A stretch of 64,000 nucleotides of DNA from Solirubrobacterales bacterium. Its GTDB lineage: Bacteria > Actinomycetota > Thermoleophilia > Solirubrobacterales > JACPNS01. Position numbers and translations under genes: made by a program. The DNA is taken from contig JASGFX010000011.1 in assembly GCA_047605325.1 (NCBI GenBank), forward strand, positions 534 to 64,533, read 5' to 3'. Positions within the stretch are counted from its first letter, which is position 1. Every line of letters starts with the position of its first letter. Below the pieces are notes generated by a model. It was given only the letters and a program-made list of their open reading frames with translations. It did not search any database and was not told where the DNA came from. This document shows, piece after piece, positions 1 through 12,069 of this stretch.

Positions 1-3000
1 GACCTTCGAGTTCGGCTCCGTCGTTCCGCAGTTGCCCGCGGCGGAGTCGGCGTCGGCGCAGGTCGGTGCGGCGTCGGCGGAACCGACGAGACCGGCCGGC
101 AGGAAGAACTTCGTGCGCATGATCGACGTGTCGGTGTCGGGACGGTTGACCGTCAGGGTGACGTCCTGGCTCGAACCGGCCTTGTAGTAGTCGCTCGACG
201 GGTCGTCGAAGTGCGCCGTGTCGGTCGGGTCACCCATCTGCAGCTTGATCGCCGCCGACTGGGTGTCGGTGCAACCGGGCAGGCCGCCGGTCACGGTGAA
301 CGGAGCCTGGACGGCCGGCGCGGTGCGCTGACCAACCGGACGGTCCTGCCATGCCCACGGGTCCATCGTCGCCTGGACGGCGTAGTCGCCACAGGTGCGT
401 GGGTTGGTGAGCAGCGCGTGCTCGCCGGAGCCAGTGGTCTTGAAGTGGATCGTCATGTCCGTGAACTGCAGGTCGGGCAGATCGTCGAACGTCGCGGTCA
501 CCTGACCGGTCTGGCCGGAGCCGACATTGCCGGTGCCGCCGGTCGGGACGTCGGACGTGCCGTCGACGTTGACCTGGCCCTGGCTGTAGAGCGAGGCGCC
601 CGGCAGCTCGACGTAGAGGCCCAGGCGATAGCGCGTGCTGGCCTGGTTGCCGAGCGGCGGAAGCAGGTAGATCGCGCCGTACGCGGAGTGCGTCGTCGTG
701 TCCTGAGCGTCGTTCGGGTTCGGCTTGTCGTTCGGCAGCAGCGGCGTGTCGAGCGACACGAAGCCGAGGCGCGAACTCGCCGGGCAGGCGGCTCCGCCGT
801 CCTTGACATCGGACTCGTCACAGGTCATGCCCGAGCCATAGTTTCCGATGCCCGGGTTCACGTTCATGCCGACGGGGAAGGTCGTGGTGATCTTCTTCGT
901 CGAGGACGAGTTGCCGGAGAACTTGAACGACAGGTCGAGACCGACCGGCTTGCCGCGCTCAGTCGTGCTCGGGTCTGCGACGACCGTCGGGTGGTACTCG
1001 GCGTTGTCGCAGTTGGTCGTCGTGAAGTTCTTCGACGGAGTCACCGAAGCGCCACCCGGAGCCGTCATCGCGGCCTCGAGCGTGTGCGTGCCGCAGCGCG
1101 ACGGGCTGATCATGAACGGCTGGCCGTTGACCGTGCCGTTGATCTTGATCTGCATCTGGCGGATGCGGACCGGCATGCCTTCGTAACGCTGCGGGATGAC
1201 CGTGTGGGTGTCGATCGTCAGATCGCTGGCGGTGCTGCCGGTGACGATCTGCGTCGCGACCGGCAGGTTCAGCTTGCCCAGGTTGTACGGGCCGACCTGG
1301 ACCGGAATCGTCACGTACAGGCGTGCCGGCTCGTCGCTGTTGGGCTTGACGTTGAAGAGGTCGCCAGTCATCGTCAACAGGTCGGTGCTGCTCGACGTGC
1401 TTCCGCCGGTGCCGATCTTCGTCGTGACCGATCCGACCTTGCTGGCTGCGGCGCAGTTGCCGGCATCGGCGACCGCCTGGTCGCAGCGCGGGGTGAGGAC
1501 GGTGTTGGCGACGAGGCCCTTGGGCAGGTGCAGGTCGAACTCACGGATCTGCTGCGTGTAGTCGCTGCGACCGACCGTCAGCGTGACGTCGGGGTTGCCC
1601 GCCGCCTGCGTCTGGTTGACCGGGGTCTCGCCCGGCTTGTTGACCGTGGCGTCGAAGGTCGGGTTGAACGGCTCGCTCGCCTGGCTGCCCGATCCGCCGT
1701 AGACGGTCGAGTAGGTGCCGTCGGAGGTCTCGACCGCTCCACCGGACTGCGGCGTCATCGCCGCCGAGACGGTCTGTGTTCCCGCAGTCTCGGAGTTCGT
1801 GAACAGCGCGTTCTGGCCGCTCGCGAACGTGATCTTCAGCTGGGTGAAGCCGAGGTCCGGGATGTTGTCGAACGTCGCGATCACGCGGCCGGTACCGGTG
1901 TCGGTCGAGCCGGTGCCGTTGGTGATGTCGCTCGAGCCGTCGACTGCGGTGGTGCCGCGGACGACCATCTTGGTGCCCGGCAGGTCGACGATCATCGCGA
2001 TCTTGTAGCGCGTTGCCGCCGTCGTGCCCGGGGTTTCGAGGTAGACCGAACCGAACTTCGTGCCGGGCAGCAGCGGGGTGACCAGCGAGATGTCGCCGAT
2101 CTTGCTGCCACTCGGGCAGGCGCTTCCGCCGGCATCGATCGCCGCGGTCGAGCAGCTCTGGAGGCCACCCGGGATGTTCGCGACGACGGACGGGTTGAGC
2201 GTCATGCCGTCAGGCATCGTGGTGACGACCTTGCCGATCGTCGGGTTGGCCGGGTCGGAGTCGATCTGCAGGGTCATGCCGGTCGGCTGGGCCGTCTGGC
2301 CGTTGGTGCCGGAGATCGTCAGGCTCGGCTTCGGCGAGAAGTTGCGCGGGCAACCGTTGACCTCGTAGGCGGCGCTGCGGTTCACGGCGCTGCCATTCAG
2401 CGGAGTCAGCTCCGCTGTGATCTTCGTGTTGCTGCCGTCGTCGCAGCGGCTCGGGTTCTTGATGAAGCCCTTGTCGTCGGACGTGTCGCCCGAGGTGCCC
2501 TGGGTCGCCTTGGAGTAGAGCTTCATGTCGAGCTCGGCGATGCGCACGCTGATGCCCTCGTAGCGGTAGGGCATCGTCGCCGTCGCGTCGACTCCGTAGT
2601 CGCCCTCGCGCAGGTGCGTCGAGACCGGGACGGTCAACTTGCCGAGGTCGTACGGACCGACCACCACAGGGACGATGACCGCCATGCGGGCGGGCTCGTC
2701 GCTGCTCGGCACGACGTTGTAGATCGTGCCGGCCATGTCGAGTGTCTCGCTGCCGGTTCCGAGCTTCGTCGTGACCTCACCGACCTGGCTTGCGGCGGGG
2801 CAGTTTGCGGCCGCCGCAGCCGACTGCGTGCAGGTCGTGTTCGTCGCCGTGGTGTCGGCGACGAGACCGACCGGCAGGTGCAGCTTGAACTGGCGCAGGT
2901 ACTCATCCTTCGCGCCGCCGCTCACGGTCATCGAGAGGTTCGTGTTCGCGCCGCTGGTCTTGTTGTCAGCGCTCGCGCTGAACGCCGGGTTGAACGGCTT

Positions 3001-6000
3001 GCTCGAGGTGCAGCCCGCGGTGTTGCTGAGGCTGTAGGTCGAGGTCGCCGTGGCCGCGGTGCCGCTCGGGTTGCCGGGGGTCAGCGACGAGCTCGGCGTG
3101 ATCGCCGAGGTGACGGTCTGCGTTCCGCAGCTGTCCGGGTTGGTCAGCAGAGCGCGCGGGCCGGTGTTGAAGTTCACCGTCATCTTGCTGAACGCGAGGT
3201 CCGGCACTGTGTCGAAGTCGGTCGTGATGCGGCCGGTGCCGGTGTCGGTGGCCCCGAGGCCGCCGGTCACGTTGCTCGAGCCGTCGACGTTGACCTTGCC
3301 GCGCAGCACCAGGTCGGTGCCCGGAAGGTGGACGACGATCGCCAGCTTGTAGCGGTTCGCGGCGCCGACGCCCGGGTCCTCGAGATACACGTTGCCGGTC
3401 TTCTGGCCGCTGAGCAGCGGCGTCTCGAGCGTGACCGTGCCTTGGTTGGAGCCGGCCGGGCAGGTGCTGCCGCCCGCGTTGATCGCCGCGGTGCTGCAGG
3501 TGGCCAGGCCGTTGCCGGCAGCCGCGTTGAGCGACATGCCGTCGGGCAGGGTCAGCAGGAAGCGGCTGATCGTCGAGTTGCGGCGGTTCGAGTTGATCGT
3601 CACACCGAGACCCGTCGGGACCGTGGTGTCGGCCGGTGTCGCGGTGACGTCGACCGTCGGAGTCGCGAAGAAGTTCTGCGGGCAGCCCGTCGTGGTGATG
3701 TCCGAAGAGACGTCGACCGGAGTCGAGCCGGTGTCGGAAGTCAGGTGGCCGGTCACCGTGTAGGTGCCGCACTTGCTCGGGACCGAGACGAAGGAGTTGC
3801 CACCGGCCTGGCCGTAGAGCGTGATGTCCATCTTGGACAGACGCACGGCGATGCCCTCGTAGCGCTTCGGAATCGTCGTCTTGGTGCTGACCGTCAGGTC
3901 GGAGTTGAGCTTCGTGCTGACCGGGATCACCAGCTTGCCGAGGTCGTATGGACCGACCAGGACGTTGGTGATCGCGGCGAGGCGCGCAGGCTCGTTGGCG
4001 TCGGGCTCGACGTTGTAGATGCCGCCCTGGATGTTCAGGTTGGCGGCGTCGCTCGTGCCGTTGCCGATGAAGCTGTCGAAGTCACCGACGATCTGCTCGG
4101 TGTCGCAGTTGCCGGCATTGGCGTCGGCCTGCGAGCAGTGTGAGGTCGCGGTCGTGGAGGCGACCAGGCCGAGCGGCAGGTCGAGGTCCAGCTGACGCAG
4201 GTAGCGCTGGTTGATACCGGTCGGGCGGTCGTAGTGGATCCCGAGGTTCGGGTGACTGCCGGCCGTGGCCGACGAGCCGCCACCGACGGTCACACTGAAG
4301 TTCGGCTGGAAGACATCGACTCCTGTGGTCGGTGTCGTCGTGATGTTCGACGTCGCGGTGCGGTCGTCGGAGACTTCATCGGCCGAGCTCGGCGTGAACG
4401 TCGCGCTGAAGGCTTGCGTGCCGCCCGGCTGCGGAGTGATCAGCATCGGGTTGGTCGAACTGAAGGCCATCGATAGCTCGGTGAAGCCGAGGTCCGGGAT
4501 CGAGTCGAAGTCGGCCGTGATCTGGCCGGTTCCGCTGTCGGTCGCCCCGGTTCCGCCGGTGATGTCAGAGGAGCCGTTGACCTTGACCTTGCCGTGGACG
4601 ACCAGCTTGGCGCCTGGCAGGCTGACCACCATCGCGACGCGGTAGCGCGTGTCGCCGGTCGCACCGCCCTGCTCGAGGTAGACGTTGCCGCTGTAGACCG
4701 TGTTCGGGTCGAGCAGCTGGGTCTTCAAGCTGACAGTGCCGATCCTCGACTCGTTCGGGCAGTTGGTCGCGTCGGAGTCGATCGTAGAGGTGCTGCAGAC
4801 CTGCAGGTTGTTGGCGAAGCCGGGGTTGATCTCGGTGCCGACCGGCATCGCGACCTGGACCCGGCCCATCGTCGGGTTGCTGAATGACGAGGTGACCTTG
4901 AACGTGAAGTTCGTCGGCGTCGTACGCGGCATGCTCGTCTGGCCGGCGCTGTTGGTTGCCTGGAAGGTCGGGCTCGCGGCGAACGAGTTGCCGCAGCCAT
5001 TGATCGTGATGCCCGAGTTGATCGTCGACGTGTCGGAGGCGTCGCTCGTCATCGTCGCGGCGATCGTCTTGGCGCCGCACTTGCTCGGGGCGACGATGAA
5101 CTTCGCGCCCGGCGTCGGCTCGCCCTTGATCACCATGTTCATCTGGCGCACACGCACCGCGATGCCCTCGTAGCGGCTCGGCAGCGTCGCCGAGGCCGTG
5201 ACCGAGAGGTCGGAGTTGAGCGTGGTCGGGACCGGAACAGTCAGCTTGCCGAAGTCGAACGGACCGACCTGGACCGGAACGACGGCCTGCAGGCGAGCCG
5301 GCGAGTCGGCGCCCGGGACGACGTTGTAGATGTCACCGAGGACCGTGTAGTCCTCGCCGACCGTGTCGCTGGAACCGAATGTCGTGGTGACGGTTCCGAC
5401 CCAGCTGGCCGCGGTGGTCGCAGCGCAGGTCGCGGCATTGGCATCGGCCTGCGGGCACTGGCTGACTCCGCCGGCCTTGGTGTAGGCGACGAGGCCGACC
5501 GGGAGTTTCACGTCGAACTTCTTCAGTTCCTTCATGCCCAGCGGGTTGCCGACGTTCAGCGAGAGGTCGGGGTTGCCCGCCGAGGTCGACGACGAGAGCG
5601 CCGCGCTGAAGGTCGGGTTGAAGGCCGTCACCGTGCTCGTTCCGCCGCTGACCGAGAAGCTGCCGTTGCGCGCCGTCGTCGTCGACGTCGAGTTCGGGGT
5701 CAGCGTGGTGGCGACGTTGTAGCTGCCGGCCGTCTTCGGGTTGACGAACAACTTGTTCGAGCTGCTGAAGGCGATCGACATGTTCGTGAAGCCGAGGTCC
5801 GGGATACCGGCGAAGTCGGCCGAAACCTGGCCGGTCGCGGTGCCCGCGGCGTCGGTCGAACCGAGGCCGCCGGTCACGTTCGAGGAACCATTGACCAGCG
5901 AACTGCCGTGGATCACCATGTCGCGGCCCGGCAGGTGCAGGACCAGCGCCATCTTGTAGCGCGTGGCTGCCGTGTTGCCCGGAGTCTCGAGGTAGACCTC

Positions 6001-9000
6001 ACCGGAGACGGGGTTCGGCAGCAGCGGTGTGTTCAGGGTGATCGACGCAAGGTTCGAAGTCGTGAGCTTGCAGGGGTTCGTCGATGACGCGTCGGAGTCG
6101 ATCGTCGAGCAGGCCACGAGCGTGTTGCCGACGCCCGGGTTGAGCTCCATGCCCTGCGGGAAGGCGAGCTGGACGCGGTTCGTCGTGGCGTTGTCGTCCG
6201 GCAGGGCGATACCCATCGTCAGGGCCGTCGGCGTTCCGGCGGTCGCCGGGCTCACCGCGGTGGTGACGGTCGGGTTGTACGGCGGCATCGTGGCGTTGCA
6301 GCCGGTGGTGGTGAACGTCGACGAGTTGTCGGCTCCGTTGCCGCCCGACGCGAGGTCGGTCGAGTTGTCACTGGCGGTGAAATCGGCGCTGATCGTGTGC
6401 GTGGCGCACTTGCTCGGGTTGGTCATGTAGCTCTTGCTGTTGACCGAGGAGGCGAGCTGCATGTCGAGCGAGCGGAGGCGCACCTTGATGCCCTCGTAGC
6501 GCTGCGGCAGCGTGGCGTTGATGTCGATTCCATAGTCGGCACGCAGAGTGGTGGCGACCGGGATCGTCATGTTGCCGAGGTTGTACGGACCGACGACGAC
6601 CGGGATGATCGCGGCGAAACGGGCCGGCTCGTTGGCGTTCGGCGTGACCTGGAAGATCTTGCCGCCGGTCAGGCTGAGCAGACTCGAGTCGGACTCGCCG
6701 ATCGCTGTGGTGAAGGTTCCGACCTGCGAGCTGGCTGCGGTCGTCGCGCAGGATGCGGCGGCGGCGCTGGCCTGGGAGCACGGCGTGGTCACCGCGCTGG
6801 TGTTGGCGACCATGCCGGTCGGCAGGTGGATCGTCATCGCCTTGAGCAGCTTGTTGCCGTTCGGGCGCTCGACCTTGAGGCCGAGGTTGCCGTGACCGGC
6901 CGGCGCGGTGCTCGCGTTGGTCGCGGTCAGCTTGACGTTGAACGGCGAGGTGCCGCAGCCGGTCAGCGGGTACGACGGGTTCGTCGTGCGCGTCGCACCG
7001 GTGTTCGAGTTCGGCGTGAAGATCGCGTTGAATGAGTTAGTGCAGGTCTCGGGGTTGACGACCATGGCGTTCGAGCCGCCGTTGAAGGTCATCGTCAGGT
7101 TCGTGAAGCCGAGGTCCGGGATGTTGTCGAAGTCGGCGCTGATCACACCCGAGCCGGTGTCGACGGTGCCGGTGGCGCCGGTCGAGGCCGTCGGGATGTC
7201 GCTGCTTCCGTCGATCCGGACCTGACCGCGGACGGTCAGCTTCTGGCCGGGCAGGTCGATGATCATCGCCAGCTTGTAACGGTCATCCTTCGTGTTGCCC
7301 GGGTTCTCGAGGTAGACCTTGCCGGTCTGAGTCGCCGCGAGCAGCGGAGTCGTCAGGCTGACGGTCGCGATCTGCGAGCCGCTCGGGCAGCCGGATCCAC
7401 CGGCATTGATCACTGCCGTCGAGCAGGTGGCCAAGCCGTTGGCGAAGGACGGGTTGATGTCCATGCCGTCGGGGAAGGTCAGCTGGATCCGTTTGAACGT
7501 CGGGTTGCCCTGGTCGGAGTTGATGTTGAAGATCAGTCCCGCGGGCGCGGCCGGCGTGCTGTTGTCGCTGGTGACCGCGATCGACGTGTTGCCGGTGAAA
7601 CCGGCGCAGCTGGTCGGGGTGAAACCGAACGAGCCGGTGGCCGTCTGCGGCGAACCGCCTTCGGACGTCATCGTCGTGCTGATCGTGTGCAGCGAGCAGA
7701 TGCTCGGGTTGACCATGAAGGCGTTGCCGGTGGCGGCCGTCTTGGCCAGGCCCATCTGCAGCGAACGCACGCGCACGGCGATGCCCTCGTAGCGCAGCGG
7801 CAACTGGGCCGTCGCGGTGATCGAGTAGTCGGCGTTGAGTGCGGTCGTGACCGGAATACTCAGCTTGCCGAGATCGAACGGTCCGACGACGACCGGCATG
7901 ATCGCGGCGAAACGTGCGGGCTCGTCGGCGTTGGCGGCGACGTTGTAGAGCGAACCGCTCAGCGGGTAGGTCGCCGAGCCGGAGCCGATCGTCGCCCCGA
8001 CGGATCCGACGACCTGGTTGGCGGCGCATCCACCTGCTGCGGCGGTGGCCTGCGAGCAGCGCGTGGTGGCCGTCGTGTTGGCGACCAGACCGGTCGGCAG
8101 GTTGACGACGATCTTGCGCAGGTTCAGGTTGTTGTCGGGACGGTTGAAGGTCAGCGTGACGTCGGGGTTGCCGGCCGAGGTCAACGGCGTGACGCCGCCG
8201 GCGAAGGTCGGGGCGAAGCCCTGCGAGCAGTTCGTGTCCGGCGTGTATCCGTCGGTCACCGTCTTCGTGGCGCCGGTTCCGTTCGGCGTCCAGATCGCGC
8301 TGAACTGCGAAGCGGTGCAGGCCGTCGGATTGACGAACAGCGCGTTGCTGCCGCTGTTGAAGGCAACCTTCATCGTCGAGAAACCGAGGTCCGGAATGCC
8401 GCTGAACTCAGCGCTGATCTGTCCGGTTCCGCTGTCGACCGCGCCGGTTCCACCGGTCGGGATCGTCGAGGAGCCGTCGACCAGAACCTGGCCGTGGAGG
8501 ATCAGGTCCTTGCCCGGCAGGTGCACGACGATCGCGGTCTTGTAGCGCGTCGAGGCGGTGTTGCCCGGCTGCTCGAGGTAAACGGCGCCGGTCTGCGGGT
8601 TCGAGAGCAGCGGCGTCGTCAGCGTGACGGTTCCGAGCTTGGAGCCGTTGCTGTCGCAGGCGGCCTGGTTGCTTGCGAGGTTGCTGTCGCTGCAGTAGGC
8701 GAGACCCGTGCCGGCGGCGGGGTTGAGTTCGAAGCCGGCCGGGAAGGTCAGCTTGACGCCCTTGGTCGTCGGGTTGTTCAGCGTCGTGCCGAGGTCGAAG
8801 GTCAGACCGACCGGCTGGCCGGCAGCCTTCGTCGACGGCGTGACGGTGAGCGTCGGCGTGTCGGTGTAGGGGCGGTTGCAGCCGGTGAAGTTCGCGGCGC
8901 TGGTGCGCGAGACCGTCGTGCCGTCGCCGGCCTTCAGGTCGGCGCCGATCGTGCCGGAGAGACAGGCGCTCGGGTTGATCATGAACGGCTGACCGCCGAC

Positions 9001-9675
9001 CATGCCGTTGATCGTCAGGTTGACTGCGCGGACGCGGACGTCGATGCCCTCGTAGCGCTCTGGCAAGGTCGAGAAGGTGTCGACACCGTAGGTGCGCGTG
9101 CCGGAGTCGGTCGTTCCGTCGTTGAGCGCGGTCGAGATGTCGACCGGCATGTTGCCGAGATTGAACGGTCCGACCTGGACCGGGATCAGAGCGGCGAGGT
9201 GCGCCGGCTCATTGCTGCCCGGGACGACGTTGTAGACCGTGCCGCTGAGCGAAAGACGCTCGGCCGCGGCGCCGATCTCGGTCGAGATCGTTCCGACCGC
9301 GCTGCTCGGCGTGCTGCTGACGCAGGTGCCAGCGGTCGCGTCTGCCTGCGGGCAGCGGGCGACGTTGGTCGTGTTGGCCACCAGGCCGACGGGCAACTTC
9401 ACATTGAAGTTCTTGATCGTCCTGACGTTCGTGTCGGTGCCGTTGTTGGTGCCGACGGCGATGTTCAGGTTCGGGTGCGCTCCGGCCGTGTAGTCGGAGA
9501 GCGTCGCGCTGAACGTCGGGTTGAAGGCCTGGGTGCAGTTGGCCGTCGTGTCGAACGTCTTGGTTCCGGTGGAGGCAGTCGCGCCGGTGCCGTTGGCGGT
9601 CACGCTGGTGCCGATCTGCCAACCGGTCTGGCAGGACGACGGCGTGATCAGCATCGCGCGGTTGCCGCCGTTGAG
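1..9675 (-). CDS. Giant tandem-module secreted protein, distal segment (3' end lies beyond window start)
   Basis: Minus frame whose codons end on coordinates divisible by 3. My spot translations are open and have almost all G/C at third positions: 9601-9675 (LNGGNRAMLITPSSCQTGWQIGTSVTANG), 4981-5040 (ASDTSTINSGITINGCGNSF) and 1-60 (CADADSAAGNCGTTEPNSKV). The ORF track lists no minus ORF in this frame between 1 and 9675. That fits one ORF with no in-window stop; the track also omits the open-ended ORF at 63024->64000. Seven copies of the module motif RYEG(I/M) occur (antisense GATGCCCTCGTAGCG-like) at 1174, 2551, 3850, 5161, 6487, 7780 and 9043. A gene caller would probably start it at ATG 9654. 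Confidence 0.8.
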
Positions 9676-9677
9676 GG

Positions 9678-12068
9678 TCAGGTCAGGGTGCCGAACGCGA
9701 GGTCCGGAATCGCCGGGAAGTCGGTGACGATCTGACCGGTTCCGGAGTCCTTGGCGCCGGTTCCACCCGACGGGATCGTCGACGAGCCGTCGACCGTGGC
9801 GCCGCCGTGGACGATCAGCATGCGGCCCGGAAGCTTGACCACGAGCGCCAGCTTGTAGCGGGTGCTGGCGAGCGAGCCCGGCGTCTCGAGGTAGAGCTTG
9901 CCGGTGTAGGTGCCGGAGATCAATGGCGTGGTCAGCGAGACCGTTCCCTGCTGCGCCGCGGCCGGGCAGTTGTCGGTCGTCGTCGTGATCGCGTCGATCA
10001 CGGCCGTGTCGCAGGTCATGTTCGAGCCGGCGTTTCCGACGGCCGGGTTGATCGACATGCCGACCGGGAAGGTCAGCTTGACGTCGCCGATCGACGGGTT
10101 GCCGTCAGGCGAGGTGACGCCGACGGTCATGCCGGTCGGGGTCTGGGCCGAAGTGCTGATACCACTGATCGCGAAGGTCGGGGTACCGGCGCTGAATGCG
10201 GTCGGGCAACCGGTGGCGACGTAAGCGGAGGAGTTGTTCGCGGCGCTGGTGTCGTTGGTCGAATCAGCGGACGTGAAGTCTGCGCTGATCGTCGCACCGG
10301 CGTTGCACTTGCTCGGGTTGTTCAGGTAGTTCTTCGAGTTGACGGTGCCGTTGATCACCATCTGCATCGTGCGGATGTAGACAGCGATGCCCTCATAACG
10401 CGTCGGCAGCGTTGCCGCGAGGTCGATGCCGTAGTCGCTGCGCAGTGACGCCGAGATCGGAAGCGTCAGGTTTCCGAGGTTGAACGGACCTACCTGGACC
10501 GGGATGACAGCCTGGAAACGAGCTGGCTCCTCGGCGTTCGGCACGACGGCGAAGATCTTCCCGCCGGCGAGCGACACGTTCTCGTTGCCCGAGCCGATCG
10601 CCGTGGTGAAGGTTCCGACCTGCGAAGTCGGCTGAGTGGTCGCGCAGCTCGCCGCAGCGGCCGACGCCTGGGTGCACTGGGGTACGTAGCCGGTGCTGGT
10701 GTTGGCGGTGAGGCCGGTCGGGAAGTGGATCGCGAGGTTCTTGAGCTGACGCTCCTTGTCGTTGCGCGCGATGTTCATCGTCAGCGTCGGGTGGGCGCCC
10801 GCCACGTAGGTGCTGGCGGTCGCCGTGAACGACGGGTCGAAGGCGTTGGTCGAGCCGGTCGGCGTGTAAGTCGCCGAAGCGGTCGTGTCCGTCCCCGGGT
10901 TGCTGTCGGAGTTCGGCGTGAAGATCGCGTCGAAGGTCGCGGCGTCGTTGGTGCGCGGGTTCACGACCATTGCGCGGTCACCGCTGTTGAAGGCCATCGT
11001 CAGACCGGTGAAACCGAGGTCCGGGATGTTGTTGAAGTCAGCGACCATGCGGTGCGAGTCGAGCGTGTGCGCGCTGTCGATCGTTCCGGTCGCGCCAGTT
11101 GAGGCAGTCGGGATGTCACTCGAACCCGGGATCGTCAGCGAGCCGGCGACGACCAGCGGCTGGCTCGGGACGTTGACGATCATCACGACCTTGTAACGCG
11201 TGGCCGCGGTGTTGCCCGGCGCGACCACGTAGACGTTGCCGGCGATCGGGCTGGTCGAGAGCAGCGGGGTCGTCAGCGAGACGGTCGCGATCGAGGTCGC
11301 ACCCGAGCAGCCCGCGACGGTGGCGGCGCTGCAGGTGGCGCCGGCGGAGCTCAGCAGGTTGCCGAAGGCCGGGTTGATGTCCATGTTCAGCGGGAACTTC
11401 AGCTGGACGCGCTTGATCGTCGGGTTCGACTGGGTCGCGGCGTCGGAGCCGATCGCGAAGGTCAGTCCGACCGGCGCGGCGGCCTGCAGCGTGCTCGGAG
11501 TCACCGACATCGTCGGCTCCTTGCCCGAGGTGAAGTTCTTCGGGCAGCTGCTGATCGCGAAGGACGGCGAGGTGGCCGTGGTGAAGCTTGCGCTGTCGTC
11601 CTTGTAGACATCGGCGCTGAAGTCGCTGACGGTGCGGCAGATCGACGGGTTCTCGAAGAACTGGCTTCCGCTCACCGTGCCGTTCAGCGTGACGCTGAGG
11701 CTGCGGGTGCGGATGTCGATGCCCTCGTAGACCTTCGGCAGCGTCGCAGTCGCGTCGATGCCGTAGTTGCTGCGCAGCGAGGTCGTGACCGGGACCGACA
11801 GCTTTCCGAGGTTGTACGGACCGACGGTGACCGGTATCACGGCCTGCAGGCGTGCGGGCTCGGTGCTGTTCGGGACGACGTTGTAGACCGAACCGGCCGG
11901 GAGCGTAAGCGTCTCGGCGTCGGATCCGACTGTGGCCGTCGCAGTTCCGACGACCGGCGTGGCGCAGTTGCCGGCGGCAGCGACGGCCTGCGTGCACGTC
12001 GCGACGTTGCCGGTGTTGGCGACGAAGCCGACCGGCAGGTGGTAGACGACCTTGCGCAGGTAGTCGAC
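9678..12068 (-). CDS. Giant tandem-module secreted protein, middle segment (read in a different frame from its neighbours)
   Basis: ORF track 9678..11840 (720 aa) shows the same module architecture, e.g. LPTRYEGIAVYIRTMQMVINGTVNSKNYLNNPSKC and TPLISGTYTGKLYLETPGSLASTRYK. I extended the frame upstream to 12068, where it reads DYLRKVVYHLPVGFVANTGNVA. It ends at a TGA created by the 5-bp duplication at 9676-9685. Confidence 0.75.
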   Translation of the reverse strand, partial: VDYLRKVVYHLPVGFVANTGNVATCTQAVAAAGNCATPVVGTATATVGSDAETLTLPAGSVYNVVPNSTEPARLQAVIPVTVGPYNLGKLSVPVTTSLRSNYGIDATATLPKVYEGIDIRTRSLSVTLNGTVSGSQFFENPSICRTVSDFSADVYKDDSASFTTATSPSFAISSCPKNFTSGKEPTMSVTPSTLQAAAPVGLTFAIGSDAATQSNPTIKRVQLKFPLNMDINPAFGNLLSSAGATCSAATVAGCSGATSIATVSLTTPLLSTSPIAGNVYVVAPGNTAATRYKVVMIVNVPSQPLVVAGSLTIPGSSDIPTASTGATGTIDSAHTLDSHRMVADFNNIPDLGFTGLTMAFNSGDRAMVVNPRTNDAATFDAIFTPNSDSNPGTDTTASATYTPTGSTNAFDPSFTATASTYVAGAHPTLTMNIARNDKERQLKNLAIHFPTGLTANTSTGYVPQCTQASAAAASCATTQPTSQVGTFTTAIGSGNENVSLAGGKIFAVVPNAEEPARFQAVIPVQVGPFNLGNLTLPISASLRSDYGIDLAATLPTRYEGIAVYIRTMQMVINGTVNSKNYLNNPSKCNAGATISADFTSADSTNDTSAANNSSAYVATGCPTAFSAGTPTFAISGISTSAQTPTGMTVGVTSPDGNPSIGDVKLTFPVGMSINPAVGNAGSNMTCDTAVIDAITTTTDNCPAAAQQGTVSLTTPLISGTYTGKLYLETPGSLASTRYKLALVVKLPGRMLIVHGGATVDGSSTIPSGGTGAKDSGTGQIVTDFPAIPDLAFGTLT

Positions 12069-12069
12069 G

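Noticed and set aside
211-4143. 1310-aa plus-strand ORF, with similar long plus-strand ORFs at 6397-7035, 7687-9735, 9807-10448 and 13456-15120.
   Set aside because: All are antisense to the giant module gene. Their translations are Arg/Asp/Gly/His/Val-rich low-complexity strings (RRVGRVTHLQLDRRRLGVG...) with no motifs. Long stop-free antisense frames are expected in very GC-rich coding DNA, and the minus-strand frame carries the GC3 bias and the repeat architecture.
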